NCBI GenBank assembly: GCA_963674965.2
Contig: CAXXFL010000001.1
Coordinates: 1,280,001 to 1,344,000 of the forward strand
From: a bacterium
Lineage (GTDB): Bacteria > RBG-13-61-14 > DATKZS01
DNA length: 64,000 bases
Reading direction: 5' to 3'
Positions 19,664 through 29,651 of the stretch are shown piece after piece; positions within the stretch are counted from its first letter, which is position 1, and every line of letters begins with the position of its first letter. The position numbers and the translations under genes are program-made. A model generated the notes under the pieces. The model searched no databases. It was not told the origin of the DNA and saw nothing but the letters and a program-made list of their open reading frames with translations.

Positions 19664-22600
19664 ATGTCGAAAAAGGACATGAGAAAAACCAAGGCCGAAC
19701 TGGTAAAGGAGTTGGAGGAACTCCGGGGGAAAGCCTCGCTTTCTTCGCCCCGTGATTTGGAAGATATCAAGTCGGACCGCAACGAGTTCCATCTAATGGC
19801 CAGGAAAATATTCGACAAATGCCGCGATCTTACGGGCGCCCGGTCCGGTTACGTGGCCTTGCTCAACGAGAGGGGAGACGAGAACGAGGTCATTTTCCTC
19901 GAGGCTGGCGGACTGCCGTGCAGCGTCTCGCCCGACCTGCCCATGCCTATCAGGGGCCTCAGGGCCCAAGCCTACGATCAAGGAAAGGTCGCCCTCGATA
20001 ACGACTTCATGAACGGCGAATGGGCCAAGCTCATGCCCGAGGGTCACGTTGACCTGGACAACGTTCTTTTCGCTCCCCTTAACGTACGCGGCCAAACCAG
20101 GGGCCTTATTGGCCTGGCCAACAAACCGGGCGGGTTCTCCGAACTTGACGCCAGGATTGCCGCCGCCATGGGCGATATTTGCGCCTCCGAGCTGGAAAAG
20201 CACGTCATTCGGGACGAGCTGGCCAGGAGCGAGGCGCTGTTCCGAGAAATGTTCCACGGCCACAGTTCGGTGAAACTGCTCATCGATCCGGAAACGGGCG
20301 AGTTAGTGGCGGCCAATGAGGCCGCCTGCAAATTCTACGGGTACGATGAGGACGTCTTCAAGTCCATGAATATTACACAGATCAACGTCCTACCCGCCCG
20401 GGAAGTATTCGAGAGGATGTCCGCCGCCATCAGCGGGGACGAGTCGAGGTTTTTCTTCCAGCATCGGCTGGCCTCGGGAGAGGTTCGCCACGTTGACGTC
20501 CATTCCTCACCCGTCAAGGCGCTGGGCAAAAAGCTTCTTTACTCGGTAGTTCACGACGTTACCGAAAAGAAGGAGGCGGAACGGGGAATTCGGGACCGCG
20601 AGGAAACTCTTCGCGCTCTGGTTGACGCCTCCCTCGATAAAATAATGCTCATGGACCTGGATGGAACGGCGCTGGCGGTTAACGACGCCTTTGCCAAAGG
20701 TTTCGGACTGGCCGTCAAGGACGTCCTCGGACGAAACGCCTTTGAACTTCTTCCGCCCGAGAACAGAGCGGGGCGAGAGGAAAAAGTCGCGGAGGTTATC
20801 AGGTCGGGCCGGCCGGTTCGTTTCGTGGATAAAAGAGGGGCCGCGGTCCTGGAAAATCACATTAACCCCGTGTTCGACGGGGAAGGCAACGTCGCTCGGC
20901 TGGCCGTTTACGGCCGGGATATTACCGAGCGGCTGGAGGCCGAACAGAAGCTGCGGGAAAGCGAGGCCAAATACCGGCTCATGGCCGATAACGTTTCCGA
21001 CCTGATCTGGGCCATGGACCTCGAGTTGAACCATACTTATATCAGTCCCTCCATCGAGAAGATGTCTGGCTTCACCGCCGAGGAAATCCTGCAAATGAAG
21101 CCCGCGGACTTTATGACCCCCGAGTCTCTGGAGAAGGTCGGTCATCTTTTCCTCCGGGAATTCGCCAAAGTCAAGGAGGACCCCGAGTCGGCCTCCGAGC
21201 CCACGACTTTCGAGCTTGTATATTATAAAAAGGACGGAAATCTTCTTCCCGTCGAGGTAAGCGCGCGTTTCCTGGTTGACGAAAAAGGGAATCCCACCGG
21301 GATTTTGGGGATCACGCGAGACATTTCCGAAAGGAAAAGGGCGGAGGAAAAAGTCCTCGAGAGCGAAAGAGAGCTTCAACTGACCCTCGACGCCACCACC
21401 GACGGCATATGGAAATGGAACTTTTTAACCCACGAGATGTTCTTCAGCAACAAGTACTATGCCATGCTCGGTTACGAGCCGGGAGAGTTCGAGCCCTCCT
21501 ACGAGAACTGGGCCGACCTGATACATCCCGACGACCTCGAGACGACCCTGGCCGTGGCCCGGGAATACCTCGAGACCAAGCCCGACTTTTACCGGAACGA
21601 GTTCAGGCTGAGGACCAAAAGCGGCGATTACCGATGGATCAGCGCCGAGGCCCGGGTGGTGGAAAGGGATGAGTCCGGAGGGGCCGTGAGGATGATCGGC
21701 CATCACCGGGACGTGACCGAGAGAAAACAAAATGAGCGGGCCCTCGAGTTGGCGGCCCGGGAATGGAGCCGGACCTTCGACGCCATTCCCGACTCGGTCA
21801 TGATCATCGACAACTCGTTCAATATTATCCGGGCCAACCGGGCGGCGGTAAGGCTGGCGGGTAACTCGCCGGACGACGTTTTGGGGAGGAAATGTTTCGC
21901 GGTCCTTCACGGAAGCGACGCTCCCCCATCCTTTTGTCCCCACGTCCGGGCGATCAAGGACGGCAAGTCCCACAGCGAGGAAGTATACGAGCCCAAGCTG
22001 GAAGGGCACTTTATCGTCAGCGCTTCCCCCATATTCGACGCCTCGGGCAAGCTGGACCGCGTGGTCCACGTCATGAGGGACGTCACCGAAAGGAAAAACC
22101 AGGAAAACAGGATCAGAGATCAGCACCAGTTCATGGAAAAAGTCTTCGACGCGGCCTCGGAGGGTATCTTCGTTCTCGATCAGGACGCCAGGTACGCGCT
22201 TATAAATCGGTCGTGGGAACAAATTTTCGGGTTCGCGAGAGGGGAATATATCGGGAAAAAAGCGGGAACAACCATTGGCGAGGAATACCGGGACGTGGTG
22301 GCCGAGGCCTTCGATAAAGCCTATAAGGGACAAAGAGAACGCTGCGAGTTCGTATTCAAGGGGAAAGGGGGTAAGGAAAAGATAATCGACCTTGGCCTGA
22401 GCCCGCTTATTTGGCATGAAGAGATGCACGTACTGGGCATGGCCCAGGATATAACCCAGAAGAAAAAAGCGGAACGGGAGCTGAAAAGAAGCCAGGCCGA
22501 GCTGTCCGCCATTCTTCATAACGCGCCGGTCCTGGTAATGCTCGTGGACCGGGAGCGGCGAGTGCTGAAAATCAACGGATACGCGAGCGACCAATCCGGA

Positions 22601-24703
22601 AATCCGCCGGAGAAGCTTATCGGCCTGCGGGGAGGCGAGGCCCTGAGATGCGTCCACCATCTTGACGACCCCGGGGGATGCGGCTATGGGGAGGCCTGTC
22701 GGGAATGCCGCGTAAGACGAGCGGTCATGGATACCTTCGAGACCGGCGAGGGCCGGGAGCGTATCGAGTGCAATTTTTCCTTTATCAAGGAGGGGGACCG
22801 CGAGTCCAGCGAGAAAACTCTCCTGGTTTCGACCGCCCTTCTCGAGGTGGGCGAGACGGAGGCCGCGCTGGTCTGTATCGAGGACGTGACCGATTTGAAG
22901 GAGGTGGAAAAAGCCCTCAGGACCCGGCTCGAGTACGAGCAGGCCCTGGGCGAATGCTCGAAGCTCCTTCTTTCCGAGACGGCGGATGAGGACCCCATCG
23001 AGGACGTCCTTTCAAATCTTCTTCAGACCACCGAGGTCGACCGCGTCTACCGCTTCGAAAACTTCGAGGACCCGGAAAAGGGAACTTGCATGAGGCAGAC
23101 CATCGAGGTCCTCGCGCCCGGCGTCGAGCCGGCCATGGGCCGAGCGCCCATGGAGGGGCTTCCCTATAAAGAAGGCTTCTCGCTATGGCGAAGAGAGCTC
23201 TCCCAGGGCATGCCCATCATGGGCCCGGTTTCCTCCTTCCCTCTCGAGGAAAGGCGAGCGCTCGAGCCAAGGGGAATACTTTCCATCCTCGTTCTGCCCA
23301 TCCAGATAAACGGGGAATGGGAAGGTTTTGTGGGCTTCGACGACGTCACCCGCGGGCGCGGCTGGAGCGAGGAGGACGTGAGATTGATGGAGACGGCCGT
23401 CGAGATGATCCAGTCCCATGAGGAAAGAAAGCGGGCGCGCCTGGGCCTTATCGAGTCCGAAAACCTGTTCCGGCGCCTTTTCGATAACGTGACGAGCGGA
23501 ATAATCATGACGGGCCCGGACGGTAAAATCCTGATGATAAATTCCCACGCCCTCTCCCTTTTGGGCCTCGATGAAGGCATAATCGGCAAGGACCCCGCCG
23601 AGACGGTCCCCGCCGCCGCGCCGCTTTTTTCGCGCCTCCACCTTGGACACCAGAACCGGGCGGAGGTGACCCTGGCCTCGGGCGACGAGCTTCTCCTGGG
23701 CTACACCAGCGTCGAGGTGGACCTGCCGGAGGGAAAGGGACTGATCACCCTCTTCAGGGACATCGGCCGTCTCATGCAGGCCGAGGACAGAAGAAGGCGC
23801 GCCGAGCAGCTCGCCCAGGTGGGAGAGCTGGCCGCCAGGCTGAGCCACGAGATCAAGAACCCCCTGGCCTCGATCATGGCGGGCCTGCAGCTTCTTGACG
23901 GCAACCTGTACCTCCGGTCGGATGACAACCTCGTGCTTCAGACCATTATCGAGGAGGTAAAAAACGTCAGCCACCTGGTGAGCGGCATCCTGGACGCGGC
24001 CCGCTTCGAGGTGGTAAATCCCGAGACGGTGGACCTCGCCACGCTGCTTAGAGACGCGGGGGATTTGTTCTTCAGCCTTTCCAGGAAAAAGGGCATAGAC
24101 GTCCGGGTCGAGGCCGAGACCTCGGGCTTGTCCGTTTTTCTTGACAGGAGGTCCTTTGGCAGGGCCATCGCAAACCTTGTCAACAACTCGATCGAGGCCA
24201 TTTTCACAAATGGAAGAATCGACGTCGTTTCCCGGCTCCTGAGTCCGGCTGAGAAGGGTCTCCTTTTTCCAGGCTTCCAGGGGGAAGTGGCCGAGATACG
24301 GGTGGCGGACGACGGGCCGGGCATTCCGGAGCATGAGTTGGAGAAGGTGTTCAGCCCCTTTTACACGACCAAGGAATCGGGCACGGGCCTGGGCCTGGCC
24401 GTGGCCCGCGACGTGGTCGAGTTCCACGGCGGGGTCATGCGAGCGGGCAACGCCGAGGGCGGAGGCGCCGTTTTCCAGATATATCTGCCGGCCGGCGAGC
24501 GCGCCGTATGCAGCGATATGGGAATATGCTCGGCCGAGGATTGCGACGCCTGTCCGACCAAAAAGTGCGGCATGACCCTGCTTTGCTGGTCCAATAAGGT
24601 CGAGGAGGCAAGGCTCGAGGGGTTCCGCTACCCGGAAAAATGTCCGGACTGCGCGGTGTTCAGGCAGGGAAACCTGTCGCATTTCTATAAACCGAGGGAC
24701 TGA
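19664..24703 (+). CDS. Cytoplasmic multi-GAF/PAS sensor histidine kinase with C-terminal Cys-rich domain
   Basis: Repeated PAS/PAC ends (DVTEKK, DITER, DISERK); H-box SHEIKNPL, NLVNNS, DDGPGI, PFYTTKESGTGLGL; no obvious transmembrane helix. Confidence 0.93.
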   Translation: MSKKDMRKTKAELVKELEELRGKASLSSPRDLEDIKSDRNEFHLMARKIFDKCRDLTGARSGYVALLNERGDENEVIFLEAGGLPCSVSPDLPMPIRGLRAQAYDQGKVALDNDFMNGEWAKLMPEGHVDLDNVLFAPLNVRGQTRGLIGLANKPGGFSELDARIAAAMGDICASELEKHVIRDELARSEALFREMFHGHSSVKLLIDPETGELVAANEAACKFYGYDEDVFKSMNITQINVLPAREVFERMSAAISGDESRFFFQHRLASGEVRHVDVHSSPVKALGKKLLYSVVHDVTEKKEAERGIRDREETLRALVDASLDKIMLMDLDGTALAVNDAFAKGFGLAVKDVLGRNAFELLPPENRAGREEKVAEVIRSGRPVRFVDKRGAAVLENHINPVFDGEGNVARLAVYGRDITERLEAEQKLRESEAKYRLMADNVSDLIWAMDLELNHTYISPSIEKMSGFTAEEILQMKPADFMTPESLEKVGHLFLREFAKVKEDPESASEPTTFELVYYKKDGNLLPVEVSARFLVDEKGNPTGILGITRDISERKRAEEKVLESERELQLTLDATTDGIWKWNFLTHEMFFSNKYYAMLGYEPGEFEPSYENWADLIHPDDLETTLAVAREYLETKPDFYRNEFRLRTKSGDYRWISAEARVVERDESGGAVRMIGHHRDVTERKQNERALELAAREWSRTFDAIPDSVMIIDNSFNIIRANRAAVRLAGNSPDDVLGRKCFAVLHGSDAPPSFCPHVRAIKDGKSHSEEVYEPKLEGHFIVSASPIFDASGKLDRVVHVMRDVTERKNQENRIRDQHQFMEKVFDAASEGIFVLDQDARYALINRSWEQIFGFARGEYIGKKAGTTIGEEYRDVVAEAFDKAYKGQRERCEFVFKGKGGKEKIIDLGLSPLIWHEEMHVLGMAQDITQKKKAERELKRSQAELSAILHNAPVLVMLVDRERRVLKINGYASDQSGNPPEKLIGLRGGEALRCVHHLDDPGGCGYGEACRECRVRRAVMDTFETGEGRERIECNFSFIKEGDRESSEKTLLVSTALLEVGETEAALVCIEDVTDLKEVEKALRTRLEYEQALGECSKLLLSETADEDPIEDVLSNLLQTTEVDRVYRFENFEDPEKGTCMRQTIEVLAPGVEPAMGRAPMEGLPYKEGFSLWRRELSQGMPIMGPVSSFPLEERRALEPRGILSILVLPIQINGEWEGFVGFDDVTRGRGWSEEDVRLMETAVEMIQSHEERKRARLGLIESENLFRRLFDNVTSGIIMTGPDGKILMINSHALSLLGLDEGIIGKDPAETVPAAAPLFSRLHLGHQNRAEVTLASGDELLLGYTSVEVDLPEGKGLITLFRDIGRLMQAEDRRRRAEQLAQVGELAARLSHEIKNPLASIMAGLQLLDGNLYLRSDDNLVLQTIIEEVKNVSHLVSGILDAARFEVVNPETVDLATLLRDAGDLFFSLSRKKGIDVRVEAETSGLSVFLDRRSFGRAIANLVNNSIEAIFTNGRIDVVSRLLSPAEKGLLFPGFQGEVAEIRVADDGPGIPEHELEKVFSPFYTTKESGTGLGLAVARDVVEFHGGVMRAGNAEGGGAVFQIYLPAGERAVCSDMGICSAEDCDACPTKKCGMTLLCWSNKVEEARLEGFRYPEKCPDCAVFRQGNLSHFYKPRD

Positions 24704-26095
24704 ATGCAGGCAACCGTTTTAATCGTGGACGACAACGCCGAACTGGCGGGCTTTCTCGAAAGACTGCTCGCCGCCGAGGGCTTCGACGCGTCCTCCTCCA
24801 ACGACGCGGCGCAGGCCAGGAAAGACATGGCCCGCCTGTACCCCGACGCCGTCCTAATGGACATCAAGCTTCCCGACGCCAATGGCGTAGAACTTTTAAG
24901 CGAGATGAAAAAACTCTACCCCGAGACCCAGTTCATCATGATGACCGCCTTCGCCAGCGTGAAGACGGCCATTAAAAGCATCAAAATCGGGGCCTACGAT
25001 TACCTCTCCAAGCCGTTCGACTCGGGCGAAATGATATACCTTCTAAACAACGCGCTCCAGGAAAAGGCCATGAGGGAAGAGCTGGCCCTGCTTCGTTCCG
25101 AGCGCGCGGCGCCCTCATCCAAGTCCGGCGTCCTCGAGTATCCGAGCTCGGTCATGAAAACCACCATGGCCATGTGCGAAAAAATCGCGCCCGGCAAGGG
25201 CAACGTGCTGCTTACGGGCGAGAGCGGGGTGGGCAAAAATTACCTGGCGGGCGTCATCCATACCCTCTCGAGCCGGGTGAAAGGGCCCTTCTTCGATATT
25301 AACTGCGCATCTCTCGCGCCCTCCCTCATCGAGTCGGAGCTCTTCGGCCACGAGCCCGGGGCCTTTACCGGCGCCAGGGGAAGGAGAAGGGGACTGATCG
25401 AGCTGGCCCATAACGGGACCCTTTTTCTCGACGAGATTGGCGACATGCCAGTCGAGCTGCAGGCCAAGCTGCTTTCCTTCCTTGACACGCACAAGCTTCG
25501 AAGGCTGGGAGGCGAGAAAGTCGTCGAGGTCGACGTAAGGATTATCGCCGCCACCAACCGGGACCTTAAAAAACTCATCGGCGAGGGACGCTTCCGGGAG
25601 GACCTTTTTTATCGTCTGAACGTCGTGTCCATTGAAATCCCGCCGCTGCGCGCCCGCAAGGAGGACATACCCCTTCTCGTGGAGGAGATATGCCGGAGGA
25701 TCGCCTATGACATGGGACTTTCCCGGACCCCCCGGCCTTCACGCTCGGTCCTTAATAAACTGAAAGCCCACTCCTGGCCGGGAAACGTAAGGGAACTGAG
25801 AAACGCCCTGGAGCGGGCCATCATGCTCGCTCCCGACAAGACCGAGATTGCCGACCTCAGGCTGGAAGAAGGTCCCGGCGGCCACGCGACCGGCCCGGCC
25901 GGGGGCGACGCGATCTACGAGGTACGCCTTCCTCCAGAGGGAGTGGACCTCAAAGCCGTTAACAGGGACGTGTCACGGGCCCTGATCGAGGAAGCCCTGC
26001 GCCGCGCCGAGACCAAAAAGGAAGCGGCCGACCTGTTGGGCGTGACCAAGGACTCCCTGGCCCATTCGATCAAGACGCTGAAGATCAAGGCGTGA
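24704..26095 (+). CDS. Sigma54-dependent response regulator (NtrC family: REC-AAA+-Fis HTH)
   Basis: IVDDN, MDIKLPD, GESGVGK, ELFGHEPGAFTGA, LFLDEIG, WPGNVREL; ATG directly follows the kinase stop codon. Confidence 0.95.
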   Translation: MQATVLIVDDNAELAGFLERLLAAEGFDASSSNDAAQARKDMARLYPDAVLMDIKLPDANGVELLSEMKKLYPETQFIMMTAFASVKTAIKSIKIGAYDYLSKPFDSGEMIYLLNNALQEKAMREELALLRSERAAPSSKSGVLEYPSSVMKTTMAMCEKIAPGKGNVLLTGESGVGKNYLAGVIHTLSSRVKGPFFDINCASLAPSLIESELFGHEPGAFTGARGRRRGLIELAHNGTLFLDEIGDMPVELQAKLLSFLDTHKLRRLGGEKVVEVDVRIIAATNRDLKKLIGEGRFREDLFYRLNVVSIEIPPLRARKEDIPLLVEEICRRIAYDMGLSRTPRPSRSVLNKLKAHSWPGNVRELRNALERAIMLAPDKTEIADLRLEEGPGGHATGPAGGDAIYEVRLPPEGVDLKAVNRDVSRALIEEALRRAETKKEAADLLGVTKDSLAHSIKTLKIKA

Positions 26096-26108
26096 TTCTT
26101 ACCGCAAA

Positions 26109-26215
26109 GCGTGATTTTCACGCGCCGCCATTTTCTCTTTGCATAACCTTCAAATCCCCAATGATATTTGGAATTATCCTCGGGTCTGGATAGGCCGAGC
26201 GCGTGAAAAGCACGC
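26109..26215. promoter_or_regulatory. Two GCGTG-N5-CACGC palindromes, candidate enhancer (UAS) sites
   Basis: GCGTGATTTTCACGC at 26109-26123 and GCGTGAAAAGCACGC at 26201-26215; degenerate copy at 26090-26105. Confidence 0.6.
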
Positions 26216-26314
26216 GCCGGCGAACCCTTGCCTCCATGGCCGGCGATTAAACGATTACCAATTTTTCCTTTATATTGCGGCGGTTATAAAAAGCTCGATG
26301 GTCCTTGCCCTTTA

Positions 26315-26330
26315 TGGCACGCCGCGTGCT
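26315..26330 (+). promoter_or_regulatory. Sigma54 -24/-12 promoter
   Basis: TGGCACGCCGCGTGCT with correct GG-N10-GC spacing, downstream of a sigma54 activator gene. Confidence 0.75.
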
Positions 26331-26367
26331 TATTAGGTGAATAATCGCTTCCGGCAAAGGCAAGGAC

Positions 26368-27048
26368 ATGATTATTCTAATCGTTGAAGACAATTTAAAC
26401 CTGGCGACGTTTACCTCGCGCAACATCATGAAGGAGAAGCCTTCATGGAAGGTCCTGGTCACGGGCTCGTGCTTCGAGGCCCGGAACGTCACGGACCATA
26501 TCACGCCGGATATAGCCCTGATAGACCTTAGCCTGCCGGACGGAAACGGTCTCGATCTTTTGTTCGAGCTTAGGATCAAGTGCCAGAACATGCCCGCCAT
26601 ACTTACCAGCGCCTCGGTCTCGAAGAAATTAACCGACGAGGTAAACAGCCTGGGCGGATACATGGTGTTGGAAAAGCCCTTCGACTTCCGGGACCTGGTG
26701 GCCGTGCTCGAGGACGCCGGAGGGAGGACCGGCCAAAGGAGCGTGGACGCGGAGGACCTGGAATCGCGGCGGCGGGAGGAAAAAGCCGACGGGGACTTGA
26801 GCCCGTATTCGCCCTGGACCTATTCCCCCAAAAGCGGGCTTAACTATCACCAGATGCTGAACCGCCTTTCGGGCCTGCTCGCCGGTATCCGGGCCTTCGA
26901 GGCCGAAGTCTGCGCCGCGGCGGGAGACGAGCGGGCCGTCCGCGAGGCGGCGGGCGAATACGTGGACAGGCTCTGCCGGATCGTCGGCGACATGACCCGG
27001 ATGGTCAATAGCGCCCGGGCGGCCGAGCCGGGAAAGGGCCGGCAATGA
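26368..27048 (+). CDS. Response regulator receiver with C-terminal HisKA/DHp-like helical domain
   Basis: IVEDN, LIDLSLPDGNG, EKPF; C-terminal HQMLNRLSGLLAG resembles an H-box. Confidence 0.8.
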   Translation: MIILIVEDNLNLATFTSRNIMKEKPSWKVLVTGSCFEARNVTDHITPDIALIDLSLPDGNGLDLLFELRIKCQNMPAILTSASVSKKLTDEVNSLGGYMVLEKPFDFRDLVAVLEDAGGRTGQRSVDAEDLESRRREEKADGDLSPYSPWTYSPKSGLNYHQMLNRLSGLLAGIRAFEAEVCAAAGDERAVREAAGEYVDRLCRIVGDMTRMVNSARAAEPGKGRQ

Positions 27049-27791
27049 GCAAGGAGCTGGAAATACTGTTCGTTGACGACGACCCCGACGTGAGCTGGTC
27101 CTTGTGCCGGCTGCTCACGCGCTCCGGCTTCTCGGTCATAACCTGCGGGGACGGGGCCGAGGCCATACCCATCCTGGAGGAAAAAAACTTCGACGTGCTT
27201 ATTACCGACGTCCAGATGCCCCAGGTAAACGGGCTGGCCCTCCTCGAGTGGGTCAGGCAAAATCGGCCCGCCACCAAGGTAGTGGTGATCACGGCCTATG
27301 GCTCGCCCACGGTGAAGCACCTGAGCATGCGGAAGGGGGCCCTTCTTTACCTCGAGAAGCCTCTCGATCCCGATCTTTTGATCGAGGTCCTTCGCGAGTC
27401 GGAGAAGGAGGAGACCTTTTACGGGAACGTGCATCGGATCGATCTTTTCGATTACGTTCAGCTTTTAATCCTTACCCGCAGCAAGGCGGTTCTGGAAATC
27501 CATTCCCGAAACGGGAGGATGGGATTGCTTTTTTTTCATGGAGGCGAGGCCGTGCACGCCGAAACGGAGGCCCTGCGGGGCGAAGAGGCCTTCAACAAGC
27601 TCCTGGCCCTCGAGGGAGGAAGCTTTAACACGCTGCCCTGGCGCGAGCCCCTGGAGCGGACCATCCAGCGTGGAGGCGAGTCCCTTCTCATGGAGGCGGC
27701 CAGGATCAAGGACGAGTCCTCCCAGGAGGAGGCGCGGGGCGAGGAAAACGCGTGGGCGGAAGCGGGACTGGAGGAATGGGGAGAGGAATAA
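27045..27791 (+). CDS. Receiver domain + DUF4388 (PatA-N-like) protein
   Basis: FVDDD, TDVQMP, EKP; then FYGNVHRIDLFDYVQL...GEAVHA...GEEAF...LLMEAARIKDE. Confidence 0.88.
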   Translation: MSKELEILFVDDDPDVSWSLCRLLTRSGFSVITCGDGAEAIPILEEKNFDVLITDVQMPQVNGLALLEWVRQNRPATKVVVITAYGSPTVKHLSMRKGALLYLEKPLDPDLLIEVLRESEKEETFYGNVHRIDLFDYVQLLILTRSKAVLEIHSRNGRMGLLFFHGGEAVHAETEALRGEEAFNKLLALEGGSFNTLPWREPLERTIQRGGESLLMEAARIKDESSQEEARGEENAWAEAGLEEWGEE

Positions 27792-27809
27792 ATCCCCCGG
27801 GGAGGAAAG

Positions 27810-28289
27810 GTGAAAGGAATGGAAATAAACAAGGGCAAAGACGACGTGAAACAAATACTGGCTTCGCTTATCGATGCGTCCGGCGCCATGACCGCCCTTC
27901 TGGTGACCAAGCAGGGAAGCATCGTCTCGGACGCGGGCGATAAAAGCTACCTTAACATCACGGCCATGGCCGCCTTAATCGCGGGAATGTTCTCCGCCAC
28001 CAGGGAGGTGGCCAGGCTGGTGGGCGAAACCGAGTTTTCCATCCTTCTTCAGCAGGGCAAGAAAAGACATATACATATCTCGCTGATCACCGACGAGATC
28101 ATGATGGTGATAGTTTTCGAGGACTACAACCGAATCGGCCAGGTCAGGCACGAGGCCAGGAAAGCGAGCGAGCGCCTTGGCGCCTCGCTCGCTCCTGGCC
28201 GGGCCGAGCTCATGTCGGCCAAGGACATTTCCATGCCCGAGTTCAAGGAGTACGCCCTTAACCTGATCGACCGCATTTTTCAGGGGTAA
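27810..28289 (+). CDS. mglB: MglB-type roadblock/LC7 protein (predicted GAP of MglA)
   Basis: AALIAGMFSATREVARLVGETEF...IGQVR pattern; directly upstream of mglA. Confidence 0.88.
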   Translation: MKGMEINKGKDDVKQILASLIDASGAMTALLVTKQGSIVSDAGDKSYLNITAMAALIAGMFSATREVARLVGETEFSILLQQGKKRHIHISLITDEIMMVIVFEDYNRIGQVRHEARKASERLGASLAPGRAELMSAKDISMPEFKEYALNLIDRIFQG

Positions 28290-28300
28290 AGGCCGGCAAG

Positions 28301-28882
28301 ATGCCATATATCAACTACCAGGAAAAAGAGTTCAACTTCAAGATCGTGTATTACGGTCCCGGCATGAGCGGCAAGACGACGAACCTGGTTTACATACACA
28401 GGTCGCTCGACCCGGACCGCAAGGGCGAGCTGGTGATCCTGGACACGGAGGAGGAAAGGACCCTGTTCTTCGATTTCTTTCCCCTCGACCTGGGCGAGAT
28501 AGAGGGCTTCAACGTCAGGTTCAACATGTACACGGTCCCCGGCCAGGTCATGTACGAGGCCAGCAGGAAGCTCATCCTGGAAGGATCGGACGGCGTCATC
28601 TTCGTGGCCGACTCCCGCCCCGAGCGTTATGAGGCCAACATCGAGCTGTATCGGATGATGATCGCCAACCTCGAGTCCTACGGGCACGACCCCAAGACTT
28701 TTCCCACCGTGCTCCAGTACAACAAAAGGGACATGCCCGATCCCATTCCCGTCGGGTCCATCGAGAGGGACCTGGGACTTAACGGCATACCGGTTTTCGA
28801 GTCCGTCGCCACCAAGGGCGTCGGCGTAATGGACACCATCCGGAGAACGAGCCAGATGGTGATCGAGAAATTCCACCTATAA
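28301..28882 (+). CDS. mglA: MglA-family small Ras-like GTPase
   Basis: KIVYYGPGMSGKTTN, RTLFFDF, YTVPGQ, FVADS, QYNKRD. Confidence 0.95.
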   Translation: MPYINYQEKEFNFKIVYYGPGMSGKTTNLVYIHRSLDPDRKGELVILDTEEERTLFFDFFPLDLGEIEGFNVRFNMYTVPGQVMYEASRKLILEGSDGVIFVADSRPERYEANIELYRMMIANLESYGHDPKTFPTVLQYNKRDMPDPIPVGSIERDLGLNGIPVFESVATKGVGVMDTIRRTSQMVIEKFHL

Positions 28883-28898
28883 GGACGCGGGACCCAAA

Positions 28899-29651
28899 AT
28901 GGCGCTAAGAGGAAGCCTGGAAGACATGGACGTGTTCGAGCTTGTCCAGTTTCCCCATCAGGGAAGAAAAAGCGGCGAGTTGATACTCGTGGGCTCCGAG
29001 CACGAGGCGAGACTCTATTACCAAAAAGGAAAGCTCGTTCACGCCAGATACCTCGAGACAAAGGGACTCGATGTCCTGGTCGAGGTCCTGGGATGGTCGG
29101 AGGGAGTGTTCGAGTTCAGGCCCAACGAGGACTCGCCCGAAACCTCCATTGAGATGGACCTTCACCGGGCCGTTATGCAGGCGTTGAAAATCAAAGACGA
29201 GAAAACCATGACCAATGAGGCCGGGGAAAACGATAGCGAAAATTTGGTCCCTGAAAAACCCGATACCGAGACGGGCATGGATATCGCGGCGGACGATACG
29301 GCTAAATGGGCCAATTTCAAAGAGGCGGCGCAAAAAGAGAAGCCCATCCTCAGCGCGGTCCTGGTAAACGAGTCGGGACAATGCCTGGCCAGGGCGGGTA
29401 GAAATAAATCCGACAACGGCCTGGAAACGGAGAAGGTCAAGGATTTTCTTTTGCAATACGCGCTCGATCATCCCCGGCCGGGAATGAAGCGGATCATCAC
29501 CGAGGACGCGGGAGGAACGGTGGTCATGATCCCCATTTCACGCGGGATGTTTCTCGTGGCCCTGGCGGGCAAGGACGCTTCCCTTGGGGCGGCGTCGCTA
29601 AGCGCCAACCGGTTGGCCGAGTTCGCGGAGCGAAAAGGGGAGCCAAGATGA
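28899..29651 (+). CDS. DUF4388 domain + C-terminal roadblock-like domain
   Basis: MALRGSLEDMDVFELVQ...GKLVHA...WSEGVFEF; C-terminal AVLVNESGQ...ASLGAAS. Confidence 0.8.
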   Translation: MALRGSLEDMDVFELVQFPHQGRKSGELILVGSEHEARLYYQKGKLVHARYLETKGLDVLVEVLGWSEGVFEFRPNEDSPETSIEMDLHRAVMQALKIKDEKTMTNEAGENDSENLVPEKPDTETGMDIAADDTAKWANFKEAAQKEKPILSAVLVNESGQCLARAGRNKSDNGLETEKVKDFLLQYALDHPRPGMKRIITEDAGGTVVMIPISRGMFLVALAGKDASLGAASLSANRLAEFAERKGEPR

